Source of the DNA: a virus
Virus record (IMG/VR): IMGVR_UViG_3300042934_001067
Coordinates: 32,001-96,000 of that record
Reading direction: 5' to 3' (one strand)
DNA: 64,000 nucleotides
Shown: one piece after another, positions 63,612 through 64,000 of the stretch
How the letters are laid out: every line of letters starts with the position of its first letter
Numbering within the stretch: position 1 is the stretch's first letter
Made by a program: the position numbers and the translations under genes
The notes under the pieces: model-generated
The model's database searches: none
What the model was told of the DNA's origin: nothing
What the model saw: the letters and a program-made list of their open reading frames with translations, nothing else

Positions 63612-64000
63612 ATGCCGTTGAAGGACCTGGTCCCAGACGCCGCCGAACTCCTCGGCTCCTGGCCCACCGAACCCCGCATCTACCATCACGGCGCCCACGC
63701 CTTCGACGGCCTCCTCACCATGGCCGAGACGGACGCCCTCATCGACCACGACTGCCTGCCCAACCGCAACGTGCGCCTCATCCGCGACGGCGAGACGGTC
63801 GACGACCGTGAGTACAGCGCCACCCCGGACATGCCCAACCCCGGCGCCGTCCGCCGCTACCTCAACGAGGGCTGCTCGCTGTCCATCAGGCGCCTGCAGA
63901 CCATCAAGCCCTCGCTGAGCATCCTGCGCCGGGAGGTCGCCGCCGAGACCGGCTACGAGACCCACTTCAACGCCTACCTCACCCCGCCGAAGCAACACGG
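63612..64000 (+). CDS. JmjC/cupin 2OG-Fe(II) oxygenase (NO66/YcfD-like), 3'-truncated by window edge
   Basis: AGGAG SD; LL.....D.LI...R.IRDG...G.S...NAYLTPP...G. Confidence 0.75.
   Translation, partial: MPLKDLVPDAAELLGSWPTEPRIYHHGAHAFDGLLTMAETDALIDHDCLPNRNVRLIRDGETVDDREYSATPDMPNPGAVRRYLNEGCSLSIRRLQTIKPSLSILRREVAAETGYETHFNAYLTPPKQH

Larger units (their letters stand above)
1471..64000. mobile_element. Segment of a large actinophage, prophage or phage-plasmid (ends not visible)
   Basis: Portal-like gene, endolysin plus holin-like gene, beta-helix protein, dcd, long unidirectional arrays of small coupled ORFans, tyrosine recombinase, no housekeeping genes. Confidence 0.85.

Overview
High-GC actinomycete (very probably Streptomyces) mobile DNA. 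The window reads as a segment of a large phage, prophage or phage-plasmid whose portal and head-region genes resemble, from recollection of family motifs, the large actinophage myoviruses (mycobacteriophage cluster C / Rhodococcus E3 type). Layout: (i) 1-1.4 kb accessory membrane genes; (ii) 1.5-17 kb leftward virion/lysis module (SWIM plus possible ART protein, holin-like gene, CHAP endolysin, beta-helix protein, portal, putative head proteins, dcd); (iii) 17-50 kb leftward array of about 55 small or mosaic 'early-type' genes, including an RNAP alpha-CTD-like protein, an Arr-like ADP-ribosyltransferase and a PASTA lipoprotein; (iv) 50-64 kb mostly rightward genes, including a whiJ-like cluster, RNase H, a tyrosine recombinase, a BldB-like protein and a JmjC oxygenase. 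The most striking content is non-coding: 8 promoters whose whole -35/-10 spacer is one asymmetric 18-bp palindrome; 7 copies of a separate bipartite late-promoter-like motif; two or three intergenic ~62-nt tRNA-like RNAs with covarying stems and no anticodon arm; a CCCGCCR start-associated motif; a third 21-bp A-rich motif; and an origin-like repeat/hairpin at a local strand-composition switch. All protein calls come from motif recognition by eye; no database search was run. Many starts were re-picked using SD position and stop/start overlaps.
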